A stretch of 64,000 bases of DNA from Candidatus Micrarchaeota archaeon (GCA_038046765.1 JBBSVN010000007.1:48989-112988); one strand, 5' to 3'; shown: positions 38,501 to 48,492, numbered from the stretch's first letter. Made by a program: numbers and translations. The notes: generated by a model from the sequence alone, not told the origin.

Positions 38501-39637
38501 ATGAGAAATTGTACACGATGCTTATTACCCGAAACCCAGGAAACGATAACTTACGATGAAGAAGGAGTTTGTAATGTTTGCAAGCAAAACGAATACAAAA
38601 AAGAAAAGGTAGATTGGGTAGCTAGGAAAAAAGAATTTGAAAGTATTCTCGAAAATCACAGGGGCAAATATGAATATGATTGCATTGTTCCATTTAGTGG
38701 AGGAAAAGATAGTACATTTACTCTTTATCATCTTGTTAAAGAATACAAGCTAAAACCTCTTGTAGTCTGCTTTGATCATGGTTTTTTAAGGCCACAAACA
38801 GTTGCTAATACTGAAATGGTTGTAAAAAAACTTGGTGTTGATTTTCTAAAATTTAGGCCAAACTGGCAGATTGTAAAAAAATTAATGTTAGAATCACTCA
38901 AACGAAAAGGAGATTTCTGTTGGCACTGCCACGTCGGGATATTCTCCTATCCGATGCAAATTGCAGTCAAATTCAAAGTACCTTTATTAATTTGGGGCGA
39001 ACCAAGTGCGGAATACACTAGCTATTATGATTATAGCAAGCCTGAAGAAGTTGATGAATTACGATTTAACAAATACGTAAATTTAGGGATAACTGCGGAA
39101 GATATGGAAGGAATGCTTAATGACACAAACATAACGCTGCGGGATCTTGAACCATTTAGGTATCCTTCTTTAGAATCACTTCGTGCAATTAAATGCAGGT
39201 CTATTTGTTTGGGTAGTTTTATGCCATGGGACACTAAAAATCAATCAGATATAATTGCTAAAGAACTAGGATGGAAAGGAAGCAAAGTTGAAGGAATCCC
39301 AGAAAGTTATTACTATGAAAAAGTTGAGTGTTATGTTCAGGGAGTAAGGGATTATTTAAAATACATCAAAAGAGGTTTTGGAAGAACCTCTCACTTAATG
39401 AGTCTGGATCTAAGAAATAAGAGAATAACTGTTGATGAAGCCAAAAAACTCATAGAAAAATACGATGGTAAAAGACCAGCGAGTTTAGATGTATTTTTAA
39501 AATACGTAGGACTTACGGAAGACGAGTTTAATGAACTCGCAGCAAGACACGTTGTAAGTCCGCATGTTTTTGATCCTAAGAAAATTAAAAAAGGAGATAA
39601 ACTGCCTGATTATGAACAGTGGGATAAGACAATATAA
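38501..39637 (+). CDS. N-acetyl sugar amidotransferase (WbuX/PseA/AglX-like)
   Basis: CTRC..CNVC; YDCIVPFSGGKDS PP-loop; CWHC; KYIKRGFGR. Confidence 0.88.
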   Translation: MRNCTRCLLPETQETITYDEEGVCNVCKQNEYKKEKVDWVARKKEFESILENHRGKYEYDCIVPFSGGKDSTFTLYHLVKEYKLKPLVVCFDHGFLRPQTVANTEMVVKKLGVDFLKFRPNWQIVKKLMLESLKRKGDFCWHCHVGIFSYPMQIAVKFKVPLLIWGEPSAEYTSYYDYSKPEEVDELRFNKYVNLGITAEDMEGMLNDTNITLRDLEPFRYPSLESLRAIKCRSICLGSFMPWDTKNQSDIIAKELGWKGSKVEGIPESYYYEKVECYVQGVRDYLKYIKRGFGRTSHLMSLDLRNKRITVDEAKKLIEKYDGKRPASLDVFLKYVGLTEDEFNELAARHVVSPHVFDPKKIKKGDKLPDYEQWDKTI

Positions 39638-39666
39638 TTAATTTTTAATCTGGTTGAGGTAACTTC

Positions 39667-40281
39667 ATGATAACTATAATAGATTATGGTTTAGGCAATT
39701 TGCGTTCAGTAAGTAAAGCATTTTTCTTAATGGGGGCAGAAGTTGTGATCTCAAATAAAATAGAAGATATCGCAAACGCCGAAAAACTGGTTCTTCCTGG
39801 AGTTGGTGCTTTTGGGGATGGGATGAAAAATCTAAGAGAAAGCGGGCTTGACAAGATATTATCCGATGAAGTTGTTATTAAGAAAAAGCCAATTATTGGT
39901 CTTTGTTTAGGGATGCAGTTATTAGCTAAAAACAGCACCGAACTAGGGTTTAATCTGGGTTTAGGATTTATTAATGCAGAAGTAAAAATACTCGAATCTC
40001 AATCGCATAAATTCAAGATTCCACATGTTGGCTGGAACGAAGTTTCACCTAAACTAGATGCATTACTGTTTAAAGACCTTCAAGAACCAAGTTTTTACTT
40101 TGTACACAGCTACCAAGTAGTTTGCAAAGACCCCGCTATAGTCGCAGCAACATGCAATTACGGACATGAGTTTACTGCGGCTGTGCAACAAGATAATATT
40201 TTTGGAGTCCAGTTCCATCCTGAAAAAAGCCAGAAAGATGGGCTCAAGTTGATTGAAAATTTTATAAATTTAAAATTATGA
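39667..40281 (+). CDS. HisH-like glutaminase (WbuY/AglY-like)
   Basis: IDYGLGNLRSV, LPGVGAF, GLCLGMQ, FYFVHSY and QFHPEKS motifs; glycan-cluster context. Confidence 0.9.
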   Translation: MITIIDYGLGNLRSVSKAFFLMGAEVVISNKIEDIANAEKLVLPGVGAFGDGMKNLRESGLDKILSDEVVIKKKPIIGLCLGMQLLAKNSTELGFNLGLGFINAEVKILESQSHKFKIPHVGWNEVSPKLDALLFKDLQEPSFYFVHSYQVVCKDPAIVAATCNYGHEFTAAVQQDNIFGVQFHPEKSQKDGLKLIENFINLKL

Positions 40282-40303
40282 TTTGTTGTGATCGGTTATC
40301 TTT

Positions 40304-41074
40304 ATGCTTAAAAAACGATTAATCCCTTGTTTACTTATAAAAAATAAGCGCTGCGTTAAAGGTGTAAATTTCGATAATTTTATTGACACAGGTCACCCAG
40401 TAAATACTTCAAGAATATATGATAACCAGGGGGCTGATGAACTTATTTTACTAGATATATCTGCAACTAATGAAAATCGTGAACCTATATTCGAAATTAT
40501 AAGAAGTGCAGCAGACCAGTGTTTTATGCCAATAACTGCTGGTGGGGGTATAAAATCAGTTGAAGATATTAAAAAAATGCTTCTATCAGGAGCAGATAAA
40601 GTTGCAATAAATACTGCTGCATTTTACAATCCAAAATTAATTGAAGATGGTGCCCGTGCATTTGGAAGTCAATGTATTATTGTTTCAATTGATTTCAAAA
40701 AAATCGATGGCAAGTACATTGTTTTTACTCATAGCGGCAAAAAATCCACTGGTGTCGAAGTTCTCGACTGGGCGAAAAAAGCCGTAAAACTTGGGGCGGG
40801 CGAACTTTTACTAACCTCAATAGACAGGGAAGGAACGCGTACGGGTTACGAATTAGAAATTATAAAAAAAGTTGCTGATGAAGTTGATGTTCCAGTTATT
40901 GCATCAGGAGGAGTTGGAAATCTCGATCACTTAGTTCAAGGTATAAACGAAGGGCATGCAAGCGCAGTTTCACTAGCAAGTATTCTACACTTTACAGATC
41001 AGAGCATAATCAAGGCTAAGGCTTATATGAAAAATGCTGGAGTTGATGTGCGGACTTTTAAGTGGTGGAAGTAA
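40304..41074 (+). CDS. HisF-like cyclase paralog (WbuZ/AglZ-like)
   Basis: KRLIPCL, GADELILLDI, GAGELLLTSIDREGT and IASGG motifs. Confidence 0.9.
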   Translation: MLKKRLIPCLLIKNKRCVKGVNFDNFIDTGHPVNTSRIYDNQGADELILLDISATNENREPIFEIIRSAADQCFMPITAGGGIKSVEDIKKMLLSGADKVAINTAAFYNPKLIEDGARAFGSQCIIVSIDFKKIDGKYIVFTHSGKKSTGVEVLDWAKKAVKLGAGELLLTSIDREGTRTGYELEIIKKVADEVDVPVIASGGVGNLDHLVQGINEGHASAVSLASILHFTDQSIIKAKAYMKNAGVDVRTFKWWK

Positions 41075-41077
41075 GAT

Positions 41078-41635
41078 CTAAGTTTTGTGAATCGCCATAA
41101 TTATATTGTCTGAAAGTTTTCCCTTGTGCATAACTGATTGCTTTTCTATCCTATCAATCGTAAAACTTGCTTTTTGAAAAACATGTATCGATCGCTTATT
41201 TTCAGGGAAAGCACCTGCTTCGATCACTTCTAGACCAAGATTTGCAAATGTCCATTTAACGAATACATTTATGGCTTGCGTCCCTAGTCCCTTTCCCCAG
41301 TATTCTTTATTTCCTATTAAAATTCCCATCATCCCGATTTTCTTTTGAAAATCTATTGGTTCAATCTTTATGTTCCCAATGTGCTGATCATTTTCCTTAC
41401 TAAAAATTCCTAAAAACAGGCATTTATTATTCTCGTTCTTTTCTTTTATATATTTTTCAATTTCTTCCACAGTAGTTTTTATCGTTACAAGATGTTCTGT
41501 AACTTCACTATCATTAAGCCAAGAGCAGTATTCTATAGTTGCATCTTTTTTGGTGAGCTTTCTTAGATAAATCTGCTTGCCTTCAATTCTTAAATCATTA
41601 GGAATAACCGTCATATTTATGAATTTTGGCGTCAA
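41078..41635 (-). CDS. GNAT (RimJ/PseH-like) N-acetyltransferase
   Basis: WLNDSEV, HIGNIKI, GILIGNKEYWGKGLG and N.RSI motifs. The true start is probably 41614. Confidence 0.82.
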   Translation of the reverse strand: MTPKFINMTVIPNDLRIEGKQIYLRKLTKKDATIEYCSWLNDSEVTEHLVTIKTTVEEIEKYIKEKNENNKCLFLGIFSKENDQHIGNIKIEPIDFQKKIGMMGILIGNKEYWGKGLGTQAINVFVKWTFANLGLEVIEAGAFPENKRSIHVFQKASFTIDRIEKQSVMHKGKLSDNIIMAIHKT

Positions 41636-41679
41636 AGTTAATATTACTATTTATCTTGATCGATTTAGAGGTCATATTT

Positions 41680-42618
41680 ATGAAATTCTTAGTTACAGGA
41701 GGAGCTGGCTTTTTAGGGCGCTGGTTAGTCAAAAAACTGCTTGATTTAAACCACACAGTTATCGCGTTAGATAATTTGTCTAATGGTAGTATCGAAAATA
41801 TAAAAGAATTCGAAACAAATTCTAACTTTAAATTCATAAGTGGCGATGTCACCAAAAAAGATGAACTTGATATTGTTTTTAATTCAAATAAAATAGATAT
41901 CTGCATTCATGCAGCAGCACAGATCAATGTCCAAGAATCGCTAGATCATCCAGATCGTGCGTTCAAAAGTAATATTGTTGGTACATATAATGCGCTAGAA
42001 AGCTGCAGAAAGAACAAAACTAAAATCGTTTTAATTGGAACTTGCATGGTTTACGATTTAGCTGGAGGGAAAGCTATAAATGAAGAACATCCAGTTGTTC
42101 CAAAATCCCCTTACGCTGGAAGTAAACTAGCTGCAGAAGAATTAGCCATTTCATACTATTATGGTCTTGGCTTACCTGTTGTAATTCTTAGGCCATTTAA
42201 CATTTATGGCCCATATCAAAAAACAAACATGGAAGGCGGCGTAGTTAGCGTCTTTATTAAACGCTATTTGGATGGACAAGATTTGAACATATTTGGTGAT
42301 GGAAAACAGACCCGAGACTTACTTTATGTAGAAGACTGTGCCGATTTTGTCATTGGTGCTGCATTAAATGATAAGACAACTGGTCAAACTATAAATGCCG
42401 GTACTGGAAAAGATATTTCGGTAAATGAACTGGCTGCTTTAGTTTGTCCTGATAAAAATCGGATAAAACATATTCCTCATCATCACCCTCAAGCTGAAAT
42501 TCCAAAACTTCTTTGTGATTCATCTAAAGCAAAGAATTTACTTGGCTGGGTTGCTAAAACCAGTTTACAAGAAGGAATAAAGAAAACGATGGAATGGATG
42601 AAAAATAATTCGAAGTGA
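41680..42618 (+). CDS. NAD-dependent NDP-sugar epimerase/dehydratase
   Basis: MKFLVTGGAGFLG at 41680 after a GAGGT RBS; PYAGSK; PFNIYGP. Confidence 0.9.
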   Translation: MKFLVTGGAGFLGRWLVKKLLDLNHTVIALDNLSNGSIENIKEFETNSNFKFISGDVTKKDELDIVFNSNKIDICIHAAAQINVQESLDHPDRAFKSNIVGTYNALESCRKNKTKIVLIGTCMVYDLAGGKAINEEHPVVPKSPYAGSKLAAEELAISYYYGLGLPVVILRPFNIYGPYQKTNMEGGVVSVFIKRYLDGQDLNIFGDGKQTRDLLYVEDCADFVIGAALNDKTTGQTINAGTGKDISVNELAALVCPDKNRIKHIPHHHPQAEIPKLLCDSSKAKNLLGWVAKTSLQEGIKKTMEWMKNNSK

Positions 42619-43559
42619 TTTATTTGAAAGCATTAGTAATTGGTTTAGGTAGTATCGGAACTCGTCATGTTAAAAACTTAATGCAGCTTGGCGTAGAAGT
42701 AATCGGATTTGAACCAAATAAAGAAATGAGGACATTGCAAGTGCAGTATATTGAGAATCTAGACGACCCTCTTTTACATGCTGATTTTGCAGTAATCTGT
42801 TCACCAACTAATCTACATTTACCTCAAGCAATCCATTTGGCCAATAAGGGAATGCATCTGTTTATTGAAAAACCCCCTTCAAATAATCTTGAGGGATTTA
42901 CTGAACTTAAAAAAATACTAAAAGAAAAAAAACTTACTGCGATGGTAGCGTGCAATTTTAGATTTAGCGATGGGTTGCAGCTAGTGAAGAAACTTGCGGA
43001 TGAAGGAAAATACGGAAAATTACTATCTGCACGTGCATACTTTGGACAGTATTTGCCAAACATGAGAAAAGGACGGGATTATCGAACATTATACGCCGCA
43101 GGTCCAGCAGGAGGAGTTGTGCTTGATTCATTTCATGAGTTTGATTATATTTACTGGTTCTTAGGGATTCCAAAAAAATTACTATCTTGGAAAGGCAGGA
43201 TAAGTAAACTTGAAATACAAAAAGATGATATTGCCGAAGTGATTTTACAATATTCTGATGCTGTCGCAAATATTCATGTTGACTATTTAAGAAGAAAGTA
43301 CAAACGAAGTTGTGAATTCATTTTTGAAGATGCGACGATTATTTGGGACTATAAGGCTGATGAACAAAAAGAAGTCGTTGAACTTTATGATAACGATGGA
43401 AACAAACATGTTTTACTAGATGCTGTTCTTGATGTTAATAAAATGTATCTAGAAGAAATGAAACACTTTTTAGAATGCATTCAGGCTAAGAAAAAGCCAA
43501 TCCTGGGAATTGCCGAATCAGAAAAGACATTAAAGACGATTATGAAGGTGCTAAGATGA
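42615..43559 (+). CDS. Gfo/Idh/MocA oxidoreductase
   Basis: GLGSIG.RH, FIEKP and GGVVLD..HEFD motifs. Confidence 0.88.
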   Translation: MIYLKALVIGLGSIGTRHVKNLMQLGVEVIGFEPNKEMRTLQVQYIENLDDPLLHADFAVICSPTNLHLPQAIHLANKGMHLFIEKPPSNNLEGFTELKKILKEKKLTAMVACNFRFSDGLQLVKKLADEGKYGKLLSARAYFGQYLPNMRKGRDYRTLYAAGPAGGVVLDSFHEFDYIYWFLGIPKKLLSWKGRISKLEIQKDDIAEVILQYSDAVANIHVDYLRRKYKRSCEFIFEDATIIWDYKADEQKEVVELYDNDGNKHVLLDAVLDVNKMYLEEMKHFLECIQAKKKPILGIAESEKTLKTIMKVLR

Positions 43560-44350
43560 ATAATAAAAATATTGTTGCAGTTGTCCAAGCCAGGCTAGGT
43601 TCAACTAGGATGCCAAATAAAATCTTAATGCCAATCGATAAAGAAGGTAAGGAGTCACTACTCGAGTTCTTCATTAAACGCTTAAAGCATTCTAAAAAAA
43701 TAACTAAAATCGTACTTGCAACAACAATTCAACCTAGAGATGATCTGTTGGTTGAATACGCAAAAAAGCTCGGAATTCCTTATTATCGTGGTAGCGAAGA
43801 TGATGTACTTGATAGGACATATGGTGCGGCTAAAGAAAACAAAGCAGACATTGTAATTCGTGTGACTTCTGATTGCCCATTAAATGATCCTGTAATGATT
43901 GACCAGATGGTTGAAGAATTTTTCAAAAGAAAATGCGACTATTTATGCAACAGAAAACCTCCAACATACCCCGATGGTTTTGATACTGAAATATTTACCT
44001 TTGCTGCACTAGAAAAAGCTGCCAAAGAAGCAACTTTCAAATTTGAGCGTGAGCACGTTACTCCTTATATTTCTGAACATACTGAAATTTTTAAGGTTGA
44101 AAATGTTGTTTATAAATTCGATCGATCTTATGTTCGGCTTACTGTTGATTACACTGAGGATTACGAATTAATTAAACAAGTTTACACTGCACTCTATCCT
44201 AAAAACCCTAATTTTACTCTTGATGATATTGTTGAATATCTAGATGCCCATAAAGAGTTACTTAATTTAAATGATAAATACGTGCGGGATGCAGCTTATC
44301 ATAAACAAAAGGATGAAGAATTGAAGAAAGCGAAGGAAGTAAAGAAATAA
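43556..44350 (+). CDS. SpsF/acylneuraminate cytidylyltransferase family
   Basis: QARLGSTRMPNK, RGSEDDVL, RVTSDCP, REHVTP and RLTVD motifs. Confidence 0.88.
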   Translation: MNNKNIVAVVQARLGSTRMPNKILMPIDKEGKESLLEFFIKRLKHSKKITKIVLATTIQPRDDLLVEYAKKLGIPYYRGSEDDVLDRTYGAAKENKADIVIRVTSDCPLNDPVMIDQMVEEFFKRKCDYLCNRKPPTYPDGFDTEIFTFAALEKAAKEATFKFEREHVTPYISEHTEIFKVENVVYKFDRSYVRLTVDYTEDYELIKQVYTALYPKNPNFTLDDIVEYLDAHKELLNLNDKYVRDAAYHKQKDEELKKAKEVKK

Positions 44351-44371
44351 AATAAATTCTCTTATCTATTT

Positions 44372-46177
44372 CTACCCTCTTTTACTAATCAGCGTCTTCT
44401 CAATTAAAAGCATATCTAAGTCAGAGTTTTCAAACACAAATAAAGCATCTTCTGGACTTCTGACAATCGGCTTTCCATGTAAATTAAATGAAGTATTAAG
44501 TACTGCACCAATTCCCTTATTTTTGCCCCCAGTTACCTTTTCAAATTCACTAATTAAATCATGATAACTTGGATTCATCTCCTTAGTTACCATCTGCGGT
44601 CTTCCCGTATAATCTGCTGGGTGTAATCCTGCTGGTAAGTGGGTTCTTGCTAGTTCTGTTGATTCAAAAGAGATTGTCATGTATGGTGAAAAAATTTCCT
44701 TTGGATTTACGAAATAATCCTTTGTTCTTTCATGTAAAATTGATGGTGCAAATGGCATCCAGAAATCCCTGTTCTTTATTTTTTCATTTATTTTTTTAAT
44801 TACTTTAGCATCTCTTGGATCAGCTAAAATACTTCTGTTTCCTAAAGAACGCGCACCAAATTCCATTCTTCCAACGCATCTTGCGATTACATTTCCTTCG
44901 CTTAGTTTTTTAGCAACTATTACATTCGAAACGTTTTCTGTTACAGTGTATCTATTTTTCAAGTTGTTATCATTGACAAATTTATCTACATAATCCTGTG
45001 AAAAAGAATCTCCTAAATACATGTTTGGTAAAGGTTTCATTTCGATTGGCTTGTCTTTGGCGTTTAAGTGATCGTACATTGCAGCATAGCACGCGCCAAT
45101 TGCGAGTGATTCATCGCTTGCGCTTCCGCAGACAAATAATTTGTGAACCTCGGGCATTTCAAAAACTCTTTGCATGGCCTTAATGTTCATGGCAACTCCG
45201 CCGCTAAATACTACGTCATGGATGTTGTACTCTTTAATTGCATTTGCTAGCCAAGTTGTAATCAGCTCTTCAGTGTACTTTTGCAAAGCTCCTGCTACCC
45301 CATCAAATCTCATTCCTTCTAGTCTTTTTTGGAAGTAGAAATACATATCTGTTGGTTTTTCGTGGTATTTGAAATTTAGTCCATCGATATATTGTGTACT
45401 TTTAAATACTTGGTATGGTTTTTCCATTGTTTTAGCGTGTGCGTAAGCTGCTAAACCCATAACTTTGTATTCATGTTCATTTGGCATCATTCCTAAAAGA
45501 AGGGTTACATATCGGTAAAGTCTTGCGATCATCGAATCGTTCGAGCTAAAAACCCGTTCCACTTTATTGTTTACAACTTTGCTTATTGTCGCATTTAAGT
45601 TGTCTCCCCAAGCGTCAAGAGTTACCATTAAGGTTGGTTTATTTCGCATCGGACTAGCGTAATAACCATAATATCCATGGCATGTATGGTGATCTAAGAA
45701 AACTACTTTTTCTTTATTTATCCCTAAAAGTTCGACAAGAGTTTGTACTATAAATTCCTTATAAGCAGGCCAAGACTCTGGTGTGTTATAAGGAAGTTTG
45801 TCCCATCCTTTAAATGGATACTGGTTATAATCTATTTTGTCCTTGAAAACTTCAGTCCATTTGACATCTTTTTTCTCATACATTTTTGGGTACCAATAAA
45901 CATGTTGCTCCCTTACGCAGTCCTGAATGTTAAAATGCGAAAATTTTTTAGTTAATTGATATTCAGCAGGCCATTCCTTTGCTCCCATGGCGACTATATC
46001 CAAGTCTTTACCTTGTATTCCAGCTTCCTTGAGGCAGGATTCGATTGCATTTTTAGGAAATGCCATGTCATTTTTATATCTTGTGAATCTTTCTTCGCTA
46101 ACGCAGGCGATAACTTCGCCATCAATCATAATTGCAGCAGTTGTTAGTTGTCCTAAACTTAAACCAAGAATCTTCAT
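44372..46177 (-). CDS. O-carbamoyltransferase (NodU/CmcH family)
   Basis: EERFTRYK, HH..H, EYKVMGLA, GGVAMN, EFGARSLGNRSILADP and LNTSFNLHG motifs. Confidence 0.92.
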   Translation of the reverse strand: MKILGLSLGQLTTAAIMIDGEVIACVSEERFTRYKNDMAFPKNAIESCLKEAGIQGKDLDIVAMGAKEWPAEYQLTKKFSHFNIQDCVREQHVYWYPKMYEKKDVKWTEVFKDKIDYNQYPFKGWDKLPYNTPESWPAYKEFIVQTLVELLGINKEKVVFLDHHTCHGYYGYYASPMRNKPTLMVTLDAWGDNLNATISKVVNNKVERVFSSNDSMIARLYRYVTLLLGMMPNEHEYKVMGLAAYAHAKTMEKPYQVFKSTQYIDGLNFKYHEKPTDMYFYFQKRLEGMRFDGVAGALQKYTEELITTWLANAIKEYNIHDVVFSGGVAMNIKAMQRVFEMPEVHKLFVCGSASDESLAIGACYAAMYDHLNAKDKPIEMKPLPNMYLGDSFSQDYVDKFVNDNNLKNRYTVTENVSNVIVAKKLSEGNVIARCVGRMEFGARSLGNRSILADPRDAKVIKKINEKIKNRDFWMPFAPSILHERTKDYFVNPKEIFSPYMTISFESTELARTHLPAGLHPADYTGRPQMVTKEMNPSYHDLISEFEKVTGGKNKGIGAVLNTSFNLHGKPIVRSPEDALFVFENSDLDMLLIEKTLISKRG

Positions 46178-46240
46178 TTTATCACCATAAAATGAAAAGA
46201 TAGAGAACGCTTAACTGCTGTTCTCTGGATTTTCATGTTT
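46171..46240 (-). promoter_or_regulatory. 5' leader switch element, copy 2
   Basis: On the - strand: ATGAAAA-TCC-AGAGAAC-loop-GTTCTCT-ATC-TTTTCAT-TTTAT-GGTG-ATAAAATG; homologous to 370-435. Confidence 0.65.
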
Positions 46241-46308
46241 TCACTTCGCCTTAGAATATGTATCTTTACTATTGATGGAAAACCTATTTAACCGTTATCT
46301 TGTGCTTT

Positions 46309-46460
46309 GCCCAGTAATCCCAAAAGTAAATTAATGTACTGGAGAAACATCCGACTTGCTGGCATCGCCATTAGATACTTTTAGTGCGATGCCTTGCAGG
46401 TATGTAATATGAATGACCTCTTTCTGCTTAGTAGGAAAGTATGTTCTGGTTTACTGTTGC
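46309..46460 (+). ncRNA. candidate structured RNA B (unknown family)
   Basis: Fully nested stems including GGCAUCGC/GCGAUGCC, ACUUGC/GCAGGU and AAUGUACU/AGUAUGUU; TATA-like TATTTAA at 46285. Confidence 0.5.
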
Positions 46461-46498
46461 CTAGCCAATTAAAAAACATTCTTTGCATAATTAATAAT

Positions 46499-47422
46499 AT
46501 GAAAATAATAGTTACCGGAGGCGCAGGTTTTATCGGATCGCACCTTTCAACTAAGCTTGTGCAAGATAATCATGAAGTAATTATTTTAGATAATTTACAT
46601 ACTGGTAATATATCAAATATTGAAAATATAAAAAATTCTGTTAAGTTCTATCAAAAAAATGTCGGAGAAATATCTACAATTAAAGAGCAGGATATTGATC
46701 TAATTTTTCATTATGGTGTACCATCCTCAACTCCCATGTATAAGGAGAATAGGCATATTACAAGCAAGGCTGTTGATGAGTTCGTATCTATTTTAGAGTT
46801 TGCCAAAGATAAAAATGCTAAAATTGTTCTATCTTCATCATCTTCACTATATAATGGTCAAAAAGAACCTTTTAATGAAAACATGTCCATCGGAGTTAGC
46901 GATTTTTATACTGAAGCGCGGTTCTATATGGAACGGTTAGCAAAATTGTACAGCGATCTTTATGGAGTTAAATCTGTTTGTCTTAGAAATTTTAGTATAT
47001 ACGGGTCAAATGAATTATACAAGAAAAACTACGCAAACATAATTTCTCAATTTATCTGGTCTTTTCTTAAAAATGAATCTCCTGTAATTTATGGTGATGG
47101 CAGCCAGACCAGGGATTTTGTGTATGTGGACGATGCTGTTGAAGCTGCAATTTTGGCAATGAAGTATAATAAAAAAAATTTCGATATTTTTAATGTCGGA
47201 ACAGGCAAGTCTCATACCTTTAAAGAAATTGTGAAGCTCGTTCAAAATAAGATCGGGAGTACTATCGAGCCTATATATATAAAAAATCAGATTTCTAATT
47301 ATGTTTACAATACTAAGGCGGACACAACATATACAGAACAATTTCTAAATTTTAAGTCAAAAATAAATGTCGAAGAAGGAATTGAAAAACTCCTAGCGTA
47401 TTATAAGGTTAATAAATTATAG
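46499..47422 (+). CDS. NAD-dependent NDP-sugar epimerase
   Basis: MKIIVTGGAGFIG at 46499; SSSSLY; FSIYG; YGDGSQTRDF; YxxxR in place of YxxxK. Confidence 0.85.
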   Translation: MKIIVTGGAGFIGSHLSTKLVQDNHEVIILDNLHTGNISNIENIKNSVKFYQKNVGEISTIKEQDIDLIFHYGVPSSTPMYKENRHITSKAVDEFVSILEFAKDKNAKIVLSSSSSLYNGQKEPFNENMSIGVSDFYTEARFYMERLAKLYSDLYGVKSVCLRNFSIYGSNELYKKNYANIISQFIWSFLKNESPVIYGDGSQTRDFVYVDDAVEAAILAMKYNKKNFDIFNVGTGKSHTFKEIVKLVQNKIGSTIEPIYIKNQISNYVYNTKADTTYTEQFLNFKSKINVEEGIEKLLAYYKVNKL

Positions 47423-47440
47423 TACGTCTAATAATATCTA

Positions 47441-48409
47441 ATGAATATTTACATAAATACAGTCTTACTAATACTCCTTATTGCAGCATCAGCTTTTTTT
47501 GCGGCAGCAGAGGTATCTTTCCTAGCATTATCTCTTGTAAGAGTACACTCATTAGTTGAAAAGCAGGTTAAGGGCGCATTAAACATTGCTGAGCTAAGAC
47601 GCGAAAAGAGGAAAGTTATAATTGCGCTTTTAATAGGCAATAATATTGTGAATATCGCTGCCTCTGCAATTGCAACTGATATGGCGCTTTATCTATTTGG
47701 AGAATCCGGCCTTGCTATTGCTATAGGAGTTATGACATTTATTTTACTTACACTTGGCGATATTGCACCTAAAAGCTTTGCAACCTCAAATGGAGAGAAA
47801 TTTATGCTCTTCTTTGGCTCCTTAATATTTGTCTTCTACAAATTTTCCTATCCTCTAGTTTGGATTTTTGACCGAATCAATCGTCTAATCCCCGGAGTAT
47901 ACTCAAGGGCAACTATAATCGAGCAATTTACTGAAGACGAAGTTCGGACAGCCGCCAAGCTTGGCGCAATGCATAAAGGAATAACTGAAAAAGAGCGGGA
48001 AATGATTGAAAAAGTTCTTGAATTTAAAGGGCGTACTGTTGCAGAAATTATGACTCCAAAATCAAACGTCGTTTGTCTTGAAGCAGATTTGAATATACTC
48101 GAAGCTCATAAGAAAGCACTCTTAAGCCAATACTCAAGATTTCCTGTTTTAGATGGTGCTGGCGTCGTAGTTGGTACTGTAAGCATAAAAATACTTGGGC
48201 GAGCTCTTTATGAAAAACCAGATAAATTTGTTCTAGATGCGGCTTGGAAACCAATCCTGATTAATAAAAAGGAAATCGTTGCCAATGCCTTTGCTAACTT
48301 GCAGTCATTAGGAAGAAACATGGCTATTGTTGTTGATGATCGGGAAAACTTTGTTGGAGTGGTTTCGCTTGAAGATTTGCTTGAAGAACTTGTAGGCGAG
48401 ATAAAATAA
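47441..48409 (+). CDS. CNNM/CorC-family (DUF21 + CBS) membrane protein
   Basis: SAFFAAAE, LIGNNIVN, GDIAPK, IMTP, SRFPV and LEDLLEELVGEI motifs. Confidence 0.9.
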   Translation: MNIYINTVLLILLIAASAFFAAAEVSFLALSLVRVHSLVEKQVKGALNIAELRREKRKVIIALLIGNNIVNIAASAIATDMALYLFGESGLAIAIGVMTFILLTLGDIAPKSFATSNGEKFMLFFGSLIFVFYKFSYPLVWIFDRINRLIPGVYSRATIIEQFTEDEVRTAAKLGAMHKGITEKEREMIEKVLEFKGRTVAEIMTPKSNVVCLEADLNILEAHKKALLSQYSRFPVLDGAGVVVGTVSIKILGRALYEKPDKFVLDAAWKPILINKKEIVANAFANLQSLGRNMAIVVDDRENFVGVVSLEDLLEELVGEIK

Positions 48410-48492
48410 ATGCGTAGTTTCGATTATTTCGGAATACTTCAATTATTTCGTGAAACACAAAAGTATATAAAATAAAATAGAGAATATAAATT

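Noticed and set aside
39667..41074. hisH/hisF as histidine biosynthesis genes
   Set aside because: They follow an N-acetyl sugar amidotransferase with no other his genes nearby, the known WbuXYZ/AglXYZ arrangement.
46394..46498. N-terminal extension of the epimerase
   Set aside because: The Rossmann motif begins at ATG 46499, and the extension overlaps RNA candidate B.
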